The position numbers and the translations under genes were made by a program. Under the pieces are notes generated by a model. The model did no database searches and was not told where the DNA came from. It worked only from the letters and a program-made list of their open reading frames with translations. Source: Moniliella sp. 'wahieum' (lineage: Eukaryota). Taken from it: DNA of 20,420 bases. This document shows positions 20,301 through 20,420 of this stretch, one piece after another. The stretch spans positions 248,001-268,420 of the forward strand of contig RSEE01000092.1 in the NCBI GenBank assembly GCA_003971905.1, read 5' to 3'. The first letter of the stretch is position 1, and each line of letters opens with the position of its first letter.

Positions 20301-20420
20301 GCGCCGACCCTTACTCGGGGTCGAGATGGCGAGCACGGGCGAAGTGGCCGTCGTTCGGGGTGGAATGTGGCCGATGCCTACTGGGCTTCGATGCCAGCAC
20401 CACGGGCTTCCGGTGCCCGA
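17343..20420 (+). CDS. CPA2: Arginine-specific carbamoyl-phosphate synthetase large subunit with putative mitochondrial presequence; 3' end outside window; one intron; frameshifted
   Basis: [16 protein letters not shown](A)[157 protein letters not shown]. No upstream GATase domain, so this is not URA2. The N-terminus is Arg/Ala-rich ([15 protein letters not shown]). Confidence 0.95.
17957..18041 (+). other. Intron in CPA2
   Basis: GTATGT donor, ACTGAC branch point, TAG acceptor. Removal gives [17 protein letters not shown]. Confidence 0.88.

Noticed and set aside
1..20420. Functional gene cluster or mating-type locus
   Set aside because: The genes have unrelated housekeeping roles. No pheromone, receptor, homeodomain or secondary-metabolite backbone gene is present.

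Overview
Eukaryotic, GC-rich, gene-dense fungal DNA with short GT-AG introns and CTRAC branch points, most likely a basidiomycete (probably Ustilaginomycotina; inference from protein style and intron density). Eight protein-coding genes are recognisable: the 3' end of QCR2 (+), CENP-C/Mif2 (-), Rab geranylgeranyltransferase alpha BET4 (-), a WD40 PAAF1/Rpn14-like gene (+), an HMG-box transcription factor (+), a DHA1-type MFS transporter (+), NAR1 (-) and the 5' part of the arginine-specific carbamoyl-phosphate synthetase large subunit CPA2 (+). Every gene, including essential ones, carries single-base frameshifts, which point to uncorrected long-read indels rather than pseudogenes. The genes are mostly housekeeping and I see no clear novel multi-gene system. 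The most interesting signals are non-coding: TGA-containing heptamer arrays starting at two stop codons, hairpins between distant branch points and 3' splice sites in three introns, a candidate structured RNA ending in T7 between QCR2 and MIF2, poly-C tracts before most start codons, and palindromes or hairpins in the 2.1 kb gap after the HMG gene.
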